Positions 17,949-27,215 of a stretch of 64,000 bases of DNA are shown piece after piece. Below the pieces are notes generated by a model. The model was not told where the DNA came from. It made no database searches and saw nothing but the letters and a program-made list of their open reading frames with translations. The DNA comes from an uncultured Candidatus Saccharibacteria bacterium (GTDB taxonomy: Bacteria > Patescibacteriota > Minisyncoccia > Minisyncoccales > CAZUZH01), in assembly GCA_964624815.1 (NCBI GenBank), contig CAZUZH010000001.1, positions 1,090 through 65,089 of the forward strand, given 5' to 3'. The position numbers and the translations under genes were made by a program. The first letter of the stretch is position 1; each line of letters begins with the position of its first letter.

Positions 17949-19058
17949 ATGGCTGGAATGAAATATTCAGATTATGTTGACTACGGCAGGCTTGATCCTT
18001 TTAAGAGAGCTATGCTCAATGCTGTGAAAGCAGGCGTTGGCATTATTAAAAAGCTGAACATCAAGATTATCCGAGAAAGTATTGGTGGGCCGGCAGTGGT
18101 TTTTGATTTTTTAGACGCCGATCATATGTTAGCTTTCACCAATGATGGTGTTGGCACTAAAACCATCGTGGATAATATGATGAGCTTTTCAAGGGTTTGT
18201 CAGGGCAAATCTTTTTGTTATAACATTGGGTATGACTTGATTGCTGCTAATGTTAATGACTTAATTTGCGTTGGCGCCGCTCCTTTTGCCCTGCTTAATG
18301 AGTTGATGGTGGATAAAAACAGTTGGTTTGATGGTCCAGTCGGAGATGTCCGAATATTTAATTTAATTTCTGGACTCAGAAGAGCTTGTGAAGAGGCAAA
18401 CATTATTATCCCTGGCGGAGAAACAGCAGTAATGTCGGATGTTTTAAACATCGGTAATTATACGCTTAGCGGTTCTGCCTTGGGAATAATTCAGCCAAAG
18501 AAAAGGGCAATTCTTGGCGGGCAAAAAATCAGGGAAGGGGATGTTATTTTAGGGTTAGCCAGCAACGGTATTCATGCCAATGGCTTAACCTTAGCCAGAA
18601 GAATTGTTGAAAAAAGACTAAAACAGAGATTTTTGACTTCTTTTGGAGAAAAGACTGTTGGCGAAGAATTATTGCGCCCGAGCAAGATTTATGTCAACCC
18701 AGTTTTAGCTCTTTGGGAGGCCGGGATTGCGATTCACTACATGAGCCATATCACTGGCTCGGGCTGGAAGAAAATAATGCGAGCCAGGCAGCCATTTACT
18801 TATCAAATAAACTATGTGCCTCCGCCTCATCCGATTTTTACTTTCTTGCAAAATAGAGGCCAAGTTACTGATAAGCAAGCTTATCAGACTTGGAATATGG
18901 GAGTTGGGTTTGTGGTTATTTTGAAGCCAGATGATGCTAAAAAAGCAAGGAGCTTACGTTGGAAGTCCGGGGCAAGAACGTATGTTTTAGGAATAGTAAA
19001 GAAAGGTCCAAAAGAGGTAAGAATCAGACCGCTCAATATTATTTATAAAGGAGAATAG
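17949..19058 (+). CDS. AIR synthase-related (PurM-like) protein
   Basis: PurM N and C domain pattern (IAANVNDLICVGA, GGETAVM). Confidence 0.5.
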   Translation: MAGMKYSDYVDYGRLDPFKRAMLNAVKAGVGIIKKLNIKIIRESIGGPAVVFDFLDADHMLAFTNDGVGTKTIVDNMMSFSRVCQGKSFCYNIGYDLIAANVNDLICVGAAPFALLNELMVDKNSWFDGPVGDVRIFNLISGLRRACEEANIIIPGGETAVMSDVLNIGNYTLSGSALGIIQPKKRAILGGQKIREGDVILGLASNGIHANGLTLARRIVEKRLKQRFLTSFGEKTVGEELLRPSKIYVNPVLALWEAGIAIHYMSHITGSGWKKIMRARQPFTYQINYVPPPHPIFTFLQNRGQVTDKQAYQTWNMGVGFVVILKPDDAKKARSLRWKSGARTYVLGIVKKGPKEVRIRPLNIIYKGE

Positions 19059-19074
19059 TCTTAAGACTTAGAAC

Positions 19075-19107
19075 AAAAAGCCGTCTCGTATCAGAGCCGG
19101 CTTTTTT
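19075..19107 (+). terminator. rho-independent terminator (aaaaagccg...cggcttttttaac)
   Basis: Stem followed by a T-run. Confidence 0.55.
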
Positions 19108-19136
19108 AACACAATCGGATATCTCGAGAATTTTTA

Positions 19137-19172
19137 GACATAATTGGCAAACGACCGTTTGCCAATTATGTC
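19137..19172. repeat. REP-like palindrome gacataattggcaaacgaccgtttgccaattatgtc (17-bp arms) between convergent genes
   Basis: Shares the core GCAAACGA-N-CGTTTGC with the elements at 5573 and 24042. Confidence 0.5.
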
Positions 19173-19216
19173 TACTTTATTGTAATGATGTAACATTACC
19201 TTTGTGCGTTATATTA

Positions 19217-19564
19217 TTATTTTTTAACTGTTTCAACGATTTTTTTGAAAATTTCTGGATTGTTTTCAGCCAAATCAGCCAATATTTTGCGATCAAGCTC
19301 AATTTTTTTATCTTTTAAAGCTTTTATAAATTTGCTGTAAACAATACCATTAGCCCTAGCGCCAGCATTAATCTTTATATTCCAGAGAGCGCGGAAATCG
19401 CGCTTTTTTCTTCTTCTATCTCTGTAAGCATAAGACCAAGCATGAAACAGAGCCTCTTTTGCCGCTTTATATTTTGATTTTCTTCCCCACCTAAAACCCT
19501 TTGTGTATTTTAACACATTTTTTCTTCTTTTATGCGCAGTTTTTCCTCGTTTAACCCTGACCAC
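19217..19564 (-). CDS. rplT: 50S ribosomal protein L20
   Basis: VRVKRGKTAHKRRK N-terminus. A probable GTG start at 19564; the track ORF extends to 19585. Confidence 0.85.
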   Translation of the reverse strand: MVRVKRGKTAHKRRKNVLKYTKGFRWGRKSKYKAAKEALFHAWSYAYRDRRRKKRDFRALWNIKINAGARANGIVYSKFIKALKDKKIELDRKILADLAENNPEIFKKIVETVKK

Positions 19565-19567
19565 AAT

Positions 19568-19690
19568 ATCGATGCTAATATACAATGGATACTAATGATA
19601 CGAATATATTGTTCCGAGTCAAAACAAGGTAAACCGATTCCATTAGTATAATTAGTATGAATTAGTATGAATTAGTATGAATTAGTATAT
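19568..19690 (-). repeat. ~104-nt repeat module R1, a direct repeat of 19893-19994. Contains TTGACT-16 nt-TATCAT plus 10-mer tandem (attagtatga)x3. Ends 3 nt before the rplT start
   Basis: About 95% identity to R2. Confidence 0.5.
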
Positions 19691-19700
19691 TAGTATGGCA

Positions 19701-19889
19701 TTAACTATGCGATAGCAGTCGTTTAATCTGTTTTGCTTGGGCTTTGGGCATTTCAACCCATTTGCGATTTTTTCTTCTGAATTCGCCGGATTTTTTTGCC
19801 CTATAATGATCCTGACCGCTTGGTCTGCGTAAAACTTTGCCTGCTTTAGTTATTTTAAACCTTTTTTTAATCGCTTTTCTGGTTTTCAT
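19701..19889 (-). CDS. rpmI: 50S ribosomal protein L35
   Basis: MKTRKAIKKRFKITKAGKVLRR. Confidence 0.85.
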   Translation of the reverse strand: MKTRKAIKKRFKITKAGKVLRRPSGQDHYRAKKSGEFRRKNRKWVEMPKAQAKQIKRLLSHS

Positions 19890-19892
19890 CTA

Positions 19893-19994
19893 ATCGATGC
19901 TAATATACGAATGGATACTAATGATACGAATATATTGTTCCGAGTCAAAACAAGGTAAACTGATTCCATTAGTATAATTAGTATGAATTAGTAT
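19893..19994 (-). repeat. Repeat module R2, with the same promoter-like content as R1. Ends 3 nt before the rpmI ATG
   Basis: Direct repeat of R1. Confidence 0.5.
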
Positions 19995-19999
19995 CGCAT

Positions 20000-20515
20000 T
20001 TATTTTTTGGTTACAATGACCGTTAATCTTTTTCCCATTTGTTTTAGTTCTCTTTCAACCTTGAAAGGAATGCGTTTTTCTAAACTTTCCAAAAACTTAT
20101 TTATTTTTTCTTTGGCAAAACCCTTCAGAGCGTTTTCCCTGCCTTTCAACCTCATCTCAATTTTTAACTTATCGCCCTTTTTCAGGAATTTCTCTGCCTG
20201 AATTGCCCTAGTTTCCATATCGTGCTCAGAAATATTAAAGCTTAATCTTATTCCTTTTATTTCTCCGGATTTGCCTATTTTTGCCTTAGATTCTTTTTCT
20301 TTCTTTTCTTGCTTGTAGAGATACTTGCCTCCGTCCATTATTTTACAAACCGGCGGGGCAACTTTTTCTGTTACTTGGACTAAATCTAAATTGCGCTCTT
20401 TTGCTATTTGGAGAGCCTCTCTTAAATCAATAACACCGAGCTGTTTTCCAGTTTCATCAATTACTCTTACTTTGAAAGCCCTTATTCTATTGTTGATTAA
20501 TGGTCGTCTGATGAT
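20000..20515 (-). CDS. infC: translation initiation factor IF-3, probable non-AUG (AUC) start
   Basis: The C-domain matches the track ORF. The N-domain (RRPLINNRIRAFKVRVIDETGKQLGV...) is in frame upstream. The only candidate starts are ATC/ATA. The 5' boundary is uncertain (20515, 20512, or a downstream ATA). Confidence 0.7.
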   Translation of the reverse strand: MIRRPLINNRIRAFKVRVIDETGKQLGVIDLREALQIAKERNLDLVQVTEKVAPPVCKIMDGGKYLYKQEKKEKESKAKIGKSGEIKGIRLSFNISEHDMETRAIQAEKFLKKGDKLKIEMRLKGRENALKGFAKEKINKFLESLEKRIPFKVERELKQMGKRLTVIVTKK

Positions 20516-20956
20516 AGTTTTTTAATTTTACTATGTGGAGGTGAAGGGCTTTGAACCCTTATCCAAAAGGTTTACCAAAATACTTCTACAGAGTTAGTTT
20601 GTTTTATTTTTTTTCAGAATGCTATATAGAAAACAAACAAAAATTATAGTTTCCAAAGCCTTTTTGTTTCTAACAATTTCTCAAGGCATTGAAATTGTCT
20701 ATCCTAACGACATGACATCAGTACTACCCATTAGGAATCAGCAGTATTGACGCCTACTTAGGCGTAAGCGTAAGCAGGAGCTAAATTTTTAGCATTTGCA
20801 ATTATGTTTTCCTTAAAGTTTTACGAGATTTAAGGATACTCGCTCTGCATATTTTAGCTCAACCTTCTGTCGAGTCTATGCACCCCCATATTTATCTGTC
20901 TTCGGAAGGAGTTTTTAATTTTTAATAAATTTTCAATTTTATAATCTTCAAATAAT

Positions 20957-21409
20957 TTATGATCCCTCTCTTAGCGCTCTGTTGATTTGCCTTTCTACCT
21001 CTCTTTTTTTAATTATTTCTCGTTTGTCAGCCTTTTTCTTTCCTTTGGCTAAACCAAACCCCAACTTTATTTTACCTTTCTTAGCATACACCCGGAGGGG
21101 CACCAAAGTCAAGCCCTTTTGTCTTGTTTTGCCCATCAAAGAATTGATTTCTTTTTTGTGAAGAAGGAGTTTTCTGCTCTGGGTTGGATTATAATCAGGC
21201 GGCGTATTTTTCGGCTGATAGGGCGGAATATTAGCATTAGTCAAAAAAGCCTCTTCGTTTTTTATGGTCACAAAAGCTCCTTGCAGAGAAACCCTACCTG
21301 TTTTAATTGATTTAACCTCGTATCCTTTCAATACTAAACCGGCCTCAAAGGTTTCAAGGATTTCATAGTCGTATTTTGCCTTTCTGTTAAAAGCTAAGAC
21401 TGCCATCAC
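20957..21409 (-). CDS. smpB: SsrA-binding protein SmpB
   Basis: GYEVKSIKTGRVSLQGAFV, and a C-terminal basic tail. Confidence 0.85.
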   Translation of the reverse strand: MMAVLAFNRKAKYDYEILETFEAGLVLKGYEVKSIKTGRVSLQGAFVTIKNEEAFLTNANIPPYQPKNTPPDYNPTQSRKLLLHKKEINSLMGKTRQKGLTLVPLRVYAKKGKIKLGFGLAKGKKKADKREIIKKREVERQINRALREGS

Positions 21410-21622
21410 TTTTAATTTAACACTTAAATTTCATTTGAGCAATAAAAAACTCTGTCGTACGTTTTGTATATGATGAGGGAAAAGAAATTGTAATTTTCTT
21501 GCCGATGCATCGTCTGGCCTCGCCTTTGGCGAAGTCAAAGGCTTGCGGGCAATTTTTGTCAGATTGTAGTATAAAAATTGTAAAAAGTTGAATTCAGAAA
21601 AAAATTAAACTATACTAAAAGA

Positions 21623-23203
21623 ATGATAAAAAATCAGATTAAAAAAATAATTAAAAAGGCAGTTATAGAGAAATTTGGAAAGATAAAAATTCCTGAAATT
21701 AAAATTGAGAAGCCGGAGAATAAGAAGTTTGGAGATTATTCTTCAAATATTGCTTTACAATTGTCAAAGGTTTTAAAAAAGAAACCGATTGAAATTGCGA
21801 AACGATTAAATCTTATGTTCCAGATTAAAGATTCCAGATTATTTGACGAAGTCAAAATAGCCAACCCTGGCTTTCTTAACTTTTATTTGAATAAAGAATA
21901 TTTACAAAATCAGATTCTAGAGATTTTGAAGAAATGCGAGAAATTTGGTGATTTGGATATTGGAAAAAATAAGAAACTACAAGTTGAATTTATCTCTGCT
22001 AATCCAACAGGTCCCTTAACAGTAGGTAATGCAAGGGGGGGTCCTTTTGGCGATGTTTTAGCCAATGTTTTGAAAAAAGCTGGGTATAAAGTTGAAAAAG
22101 CTTATTACATCAATGATTATGGAAATCAGATTTTGGCTTTGGGTCATTCAGTTTTGAAAGACAAATCCGCAAAGTATAAGGGAAAATATATTGATGATTT
22201 GAGAAAGAAAATAAAAGACAAAAATCCTCAAAAAGTTGGACAAAAAGCAGCCAAAATTATTATCAAAGAAATAATAAAGAAGACGACTAAAAAGATGGGA
22301 ATTAGACTTGATGAATGGTTTTTGGAAAGCAGGCTTTATAATTCAGGTGAGGTTGATAGGGTTTTGAAACTTTTGAAAAAGAAAAAGTTGATTTATAAGA
22401 AAGACGGAGCAGAATTTTTCAAATCGTTAAAGTTCGGGGATCAACGAGACAGGGTGCTTGTAAAAAAAGACGGAACCAAAACTTATTTAGCCGGTGATAT
22501 TGCTTATCATAAATATAAATTTGAAAACAAAAAATTTGATAAAGTGATAAATGTCTGGGGAGCTGACCATAGCGGTGATGTTCCGGGGTTGCAAGCCGGA
22601 GTTAGTGCTTTAGGACACAAAGGAAAATTAGATATTATTCTTTTGCAGTTTGTTACTCTTTTGCATGGAAAGAAAATGTCAAAAAGAAAAGGGATTTATG
22701 TTACTATGGACGAACTGCTTGATGAAGTTGGAAAGGATGTAACCAGATTCTTTTTCTTACAAAAATCAGCTGATAACCATTTAACTTTTGATATGGCATT
22801 AGCCAAGGAACAATCAAAGAAAAACCCGGTTTATTACATACAATACGCCTACACAAGAATACATAGTATCCTGAACAAAGCCCCAAATCCCAATGCCCAA
22901 TACCTAATTAAATCCAAAATCCCAATGACCAAATTGGAGGCTCCCTCGGAATTAGCACTTATTAAGCAACTTATTCGCCTGCCGGAGGTTGTTGAAGATA
23001 CTGCTAAAGATTATCAAATTCAGCGCTTGCCGAATTATGCCATGGAATTAGTAGCAGCTTTTCATAAGTTTTATGAAGAGTGCAGGGTAATTAGTAATGA
23101 CAAAGAAAAAACTCAAGCCCGACTTAATTTAGTAATGGCAACAAAAATCGTTTTAAAAAACATTTTATATTTAATGGGTATCTCGGCCCCGGAAAAAATG
23201 TAA
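21623..23203 (+). CDS. argS: arginine--tRNA ligase
   Basis: The N-terminal add-1 domain has FGDYSSNIALQLSK; a class I catalytic core and DALR anticodon-binding domain follow. Carries the insertion at 22880-22933. Confidence 0.9.
   Translation: MIKNQIKKIIKKAVIEKFGKIKIPEIKIEKPENKKFGDYSSNIALQLSKVLKKKPIEIAKRLNLMFQIKDSRLFDEVKIANPGFLNFYLNKEYLQNQILEILKKCEKFGDLDIGKNKKLQVEFISANPTGPLTVGNARGGPFGDVLANVLKKAGYKVEKAYYINDYGNQILALGHSVLKDKSAKYKGKYIDDLRKKIKDKNPQKVGQKAAKIIIKEIIKKTTKKMGIRLDEWFLESRLYNSGEVDRVLKLLKKKKLIYKKDGAEFFKSLKFGDQRDRVLVKKDGTKTYLAGDIAYHKYKFENKKFDKVINVWGADHSGDVPGLQAGVSALGHKGKLDIILLQFVTLLHGKKMSKRKGIYVTMDELLDEVGKDVTRFFFLQKSADNHLTFDMALAKEQSKKNPVYYIQYAYTRIHSILNKAPNPNAQYLIKSKIPMTKLEAPSELALIKQLIRLPEVVEDTAKDYQIQRLPNYAMELVAAFHKFYEECRVISNDKEKTQARLNLVMATKIVLKNILYLMGISAPEKM
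22880..22933 (+). repeat. In-frame repeat element in argS, 7-nt periodic (cccaaat/cccaatg...) with the AAAATCCCAATGACCAAA core (encodes APNPNAQYLIKSKIPMTK)
   Basis: The core recurs in ileS (26815-26848) and in intergenic 38279-38384 and 59070-59194. Confidence 0.55.
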
Positions 23204-23204
23204 C

Positions 23205-23828
23205 ATGAATAATAATTATTTTCTTTTGCGGCACGGGGAAGCTTTATCCAATCAAAAAATGATAAGTTCTTGCTGGCCGGAAAAATTTATTAATCCTTTA
23301 ACTAAAAAAGGGAAACAAGAAGCAAGAGAAGCGGGTTTGAAATTAAAAGATAAGAAAGTTGACCCTGTTAGAGATTACGGGAACAAAAATAAAACGCGTA
23401 GAGGGCAAATCTCTAACGGGGTTGATTTAATTTTCACCTCCGATCTTTTAAGGACAAAACAGACGGCCGAGATTGTCGGAAAAGAAATAGGCATTAAGCC
23501 AAAACCGGACAAAAGATTAAGAGAATATAATACTGGAATTTTTAACGGAGGGTCATTACATAAGTTTAGAGAAGTTTTTAAGAAAGAACAAGAAAGATGG
23601 AAAAAGAAACCTGTTAAGGGAGAAACTTATACTGATATAACTAAAAGAATGTATGATTTTTTTCAGGATATTGATAAAAAATATTCCAACAAAAACATCC
23701 TTATAATCAGCCATCAGCTTCCCCTTATACTGTTGGAAGGAAAGGTTAAAGGTTATTCCCAAAAGGGAATTTTAGAAAAATTTCCCAAAGGAAAAAGAAT
23801 CCAAACCGGCGAAGTTAAGCAATTATAA
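23205..23828 (+). CDS. histidine phosphatase family protein (phosphoglycerate mutase-like)
   Basis: LLRHGEALSNQ catalytic RHG motif. Confidence 0.65.
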   Translation: MNNNYFLLRHGEALSNQKMISSCWPEKFINPLTKKGKQEAREAGLKLKDKKVDPVRDYGNKNKTRRGQISNGVDLIFTSDLLRTKQTAEIVGKEIGIKPKPDKRLREYNTGIFNGGSLHKFREVFKKEQERWKKKPVKGETYTDITKRMYDFFQDIDKKYSNKNILIISHQLPLILLEGKVKGYSQKGILEKFPKGKRIQTGEVKQL

Positions 23829-23856
23829 ATATAAAGTGAGTTGTACTTGAAATCCA

Positions 23857-23906
23857 CCCACAAAAAAGCCCTGTGGCAATAAAGATTGCGCAGGGCTTTT
23901 TTGTGG
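23857..23906 (+). terminator. hairpin terminator (ccacaaaaaagccctg...cagggcttttttgtgg)
   Basis: 16-bp stem with a T-run. Confidence 0.6.
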
Positions 23907-23949
23907 CAAAATGAAACGCAGAAAGGTGACGTTTCATTATTTTTGATGT

Positions 23950-24035
23950 TTTAGTTAATTCTATGTTTTTTAGTTAATTCTATTTAGTTAATTCTATGTT
24001 TTTTAGTTAATTCTATTTAGTTAATTCTATGTTGA
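23950..24035. repeat. Tandem array of tagttaattctat(gtttt) units (about 5.5 copies, alternating 14 and 19 nt)
   Basis: Read directly. Confidence 0.55.
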
Positions 24036-24041
24036 TCACGT

Positions 24042-24094
24042 CCTGTACAGCGGTTGGACATTTTTAGCAAACGATCGTTTGCTAAAAATGTCCA
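24042..24094. repeat. REP-like palindromic element, copy B
   Basis: 52 of 53 nt identical to 5573-5625. Followed by the same TGATAAGAT-6 nt-ATG arrangement. Confidence 0.6.
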
Positions 24095-24189
24095 ATATTG
24101 GTTTCTTTAAAAAATGAGTTAAGCTCCTTTTTCTGTATCTGCGGGAAAATTAAATTGAATTATTAGGATTAATCTGATAAGATAAAAAT

Positions 24190-27100
24190 ATGATAGATTT
24201 TCCAAAAACTGAAGAAAAAATATTAAAATTCTGGAAAGAAAAGAAGATTTTTGAAAAAAGCCTTAAAAAGACAAAAAAAGGCAAACGGTTTGTTTTTTTT
24301 GAAGGACCGCCTTTTGCTAATGGGTTGCCCGGAATTCATCATCTTTTGTCCCGGGCCTTCAAAGATGTAATTCTCCGTTATAAGACAATGCAGGGCTTTT
24401 CTGTTGAAAGAAAGGCTGGTTGGGATACGCATGGTTTGCCAACGGAAATGGAGGCGGAAAAAAAACTGGGAATTAAATCTAAAAAAGACATAGAGAAAAT
24501 CGGGATTAAGAAATTTATTGAAACATGCCAAAATAGTGTTTTCACTTACAAAAAAGAATGGGAAGAATTTACAGAACGAATTGGTTTTTGGCTTGACTTA
24601 AAAAATGCTTATATCACCTGTAGTAATGGTTATATTGAGAGTTTATGGTGGATTTTAAAAAAGGTTTGGCAAAAAGGACTTTTATACCAAGATTATAAGG
24701 TTGTTCCTTATTGTCCGAGATGCGGAACCTCGCTTTCTTCCCATGAGGTCGCCCAGGGATATAAGAAAATAACTGAAGAATCAATCACGGTTAAATTTGA
24801 ATTAGCTGATGAACCGGGAATATATATTTTGGTTTGGACCACCACGCCTTGGACATTGCCCGGTAATGTTGCCTTAGCAGTCAATCCTGCTATAGTTTAT
24901 GTTAAATTTTCTTTAAAGAATTATCCTGGAATTTCTGATGGGATTTATATAACTTCAAAAAAGGACTTTGATAATTATAAAAAGGAGATAGAAAAAGCTA
25001 AATCTAAAAAGGGAGCCGGAGTAGAAATTTTAGAGCAGACTAAAGGAAAAGATTTAATCGGAAAGAAATACAAACCCCTTTATCCTAATAGAGCGCCTTA
25101 TAAAATAATTGGAGCTGATTTTGTTTCAAATAAAGAGGGCACTGGAGTTGTTCATATTGCTCCGGCTTTTGGCGAAGACGATATGAAAGCTGGTAAAGAA
25201 AATAATTTACCAGTTCTTACTACGGTAGATGAACAGGGCAGAATGTTAACAAAAGATTATCCCTGGAATGGAAAATTTATAAAAGAAGCTGATCCGCTTA
25301 TTACTCAAGATTTAAAAAATAGAGATTTAATTTTTCATACCGAGGACTATGAACACGACTATCCCTTTTGCTGGCGCTGCGACAGCCCATTGTTGTATTA
25401 CGCTAAAACCTCTTGGTTTATTAAAATGTCAAGTTTGAGAAAAAAACTGCTTGAGAACAATAAAAAAATTAATTGGATACCAAATTATCTAAAAGCGGGC
25501 CGTTTTGGCGAATGGTTAAGAGAAATTAAAGACTGGAATTTGTCCCGAGAAAGATTTTGGGGAACGCCTTTGCCGATTTGGAAATGCCAAATCGGCAAAA
25601 GTCAAAAGTCAAAAGTCAAAAGTCAAAAGTATTGCGACAATATTAAAGTTATTGAGTCAATCAAAGAATTAGAAAAATTAAGCGGGAAGAAAATTAAAGA
25701 TTTACATCGGCCATATATTGATGAAATAACTTTCAAGTGTGAAAAGTGTGGAGGGCAGATGAAGCGAATTCCCGAAGTGGCTGACTGCTGGTTTGATTCT
25801 GGTTCAATGCCTTATGCTCAATGGCATTATCCTTTTGACCCCGATATTATATCCTCGCAGAGCTCGGATAACTACGTGGCAAGAAACAAAGAATTATCAA
25901 TTCCGTTGCCAAAGAATTTTCCAGCTGATTTTATATGCGAGGGCATTGACCAGACCAGAGGCTGGTTTTATACTTTGTTGGCCGTTTCTACTCTTTTAGA
26001 ACTAGAACCAGCCTATAAAAATGTTATTTCTCACGGAATTGTTTTAGACGCAAAGGCGCAGAAAATGTCAAAATCAAAAGGTAATATTGTTTTGCCCAAA
26101 GATGTTATTGATAAATGGGGCGCTGACTGCGCGCGATTCTATTTTTACACAATAAATTCAGTAGGAGAACCTAAGAGGTTTGACATTAAAGATGTTCAAG
26201 AGATTTCGCGGCGATTTTTCGGAACCTTGTGGAACTGCTGGATATTTTTTTCTACTTATACCCCGTTAGAGATTAATGGATTTCAGCAAAAGCGCAGAGA
26301 AAACAAACCTCTAACGGGGTATAGTGATAAAAGTTTTAAACCTAAAAAAGGTTTTGAATCTAAGAGTTTGCTTGATTGCTGGATTATTTCTCGTTTCCAT
26401 AATCTTTGTAAGCAAGTGATAGAGGATTTAGATAGATATTATGTGGTAGAAGCAGCCAGGCTTTTTGAAGACTTTGTTGATGATTTGTCTAATTGGTATA
26501 TTCGGCGATCTCGCCGGAGATTTCAAAAATCTGAAAACAACAAAGAAAAAGAAGGAGCGTGTCAAACCCTTTATTATGTTTTGTTAAATCTAAGTAAACT
26601 AATAGCTCCATTTACTCCATTTATTAGCGAGGAAATTTATCAAGGATTAAAGACTAAAGATTCAGTTCACCTTTGCGATTACCCCAAGCCAAATAAAAAA
26701 TTAATTAATAAAGAACTGGAAGAACGAATGAAGCAGGTTCGGGAGATAGTAACCATAGGTTTAGCTCATCGGTCCGAAGCCGGAATAAAGGTAAGGCAAC
26801 CCCTTTCTATGCTCAAAATCCCAATGGCTAAATCCCAAATTCCAAATGAAATGTTGGAATTAATAAAAGAAGAAGTAAATGTTAAGAAAATAATTGGGGG
26901 CAAGAAAATAGAATTAAATACTAAAATCACACCTAAATTAAAGGAAGAAGGAATAATTAGAGAGGTTATCCGGAATATTCAAACAATGCGGAAAAGGGCT
27001 GGATATATTCCAAAAGACAGGATTTTAGTTCAGGTTTCTTGCAACCCTGATTTAGAGAAAATTATAAAGAAAAATAAAAATTTAATTCTGAAAGAAACCC

Positions 27101-27210
27101 GGGCGGATAAATTTGAATTTGGTAAAAAATCAAAACAAAAACCTGCTATTGAACAGGAATTTAAAATTGACCAGCAAAAACTTTGGATAGCGATTAAAAA
27201 GATTAAGTAA
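24190..27210 (+). CDS. ileS: isoleucine--tRNA ligase (type 2, eukaryote/archaea-like)
   Basis: HIGH-class motif (PGIHH), KMSKSKGN, editing domain. Carries two in-frame repeat insertions (25596-25630, 26815-26848). Confidence 0.9.
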   Translation: MIDFPKTEEKILKFWKEKKIFEKSLKKTKKGKRFVFFEGPPFANGLPGIHHLLSRAFKDVILRYKTMQGFSVERKAGWDTHGLPTEMEAEKKLGIKSKKDIEKIGIKKFIETCQNSVFTYKKEWEEFTERIGFWLDLKNAYITCSNGYIESLWWILKKVWQKGLLYQDYKVVPYCPRCGTSLSSHEVAQGYKKITEESITVKFELADEPGIYILVWTTTPWTLPGNVALAVNPAIVYVKFSLKNYPGISDGIYITSKKDFDNYKKEIEKAKSKKGAGVEILEQTKGKDLIGKKYKPLYPNRAPYKIIGADFVSNKEGTGVVHIAPAFGEDDMKAGKENNLPVLTTVDEQGRMLTKDYPWNGKFIKEADPLITQDLKNRDLIFHTEDYEHDYPFCWRCDSPLLYYAKTSWFIKMSSLRKKLLENNKKINWIPNYLKAGRFGEWLREIKDWNLSRERFWGTPLPIWKCQIGKSQKSKVKSQKYCDNIKVIESIKELEKLSGKKIKDLHRPYIDEITFKCEKCGGQMKRIPEVADCWFDSGSMPYAQWHYPFDPDIISSQSSDNYVARNKELSIPLPKNFPADFICEGIDQTRGWFYTLLAVSTLLELEPAYKNVISHGIVLDAKAQKMSKSKGNIVLPKDVIDKWGADCARFYFYTINSVGEPKRFDIKDVQEISRRFFGTLWNCWIFFSTYTPLEINGFQQKRRENKPLTGYSDKSFKPKKGFESKSLLDCWIISRFHNLCKQVIEDLDRYYVVEAARLFEDFVDDLSNWYIRRSRRRFQKSENNKEKEGACQTLYYVLLNLSKLIAPFTPFISEEIYQGLKTKDSVHLCDYPKPNKKLINKELEERMKQVREIVTIGLAHRSEAGIKVRQPLSMLKIPMAKSQIPNEMLELIKEEVNVKKIIGGKKIELNTKITPKLKEEGIIREVIRNIQTMRKRAGYIPKDRILVQVSCNPDLEKIIKKNKNLILKETRADKFEFGKKSKQKPAIEQEFKIDQQKLWIAIKKIK
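25596..25630 (+). repeat. Perfect tandem (caaaagt)x5 heptamer array in-frame in ileS (encodes KSQKSKVKSQK)
   Basis: Read directly. Related arrays occur in pth (56261-56291) and topA (53881-53905). Confidence 0.6.
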
Positions 27211-27215
27211 TAACT

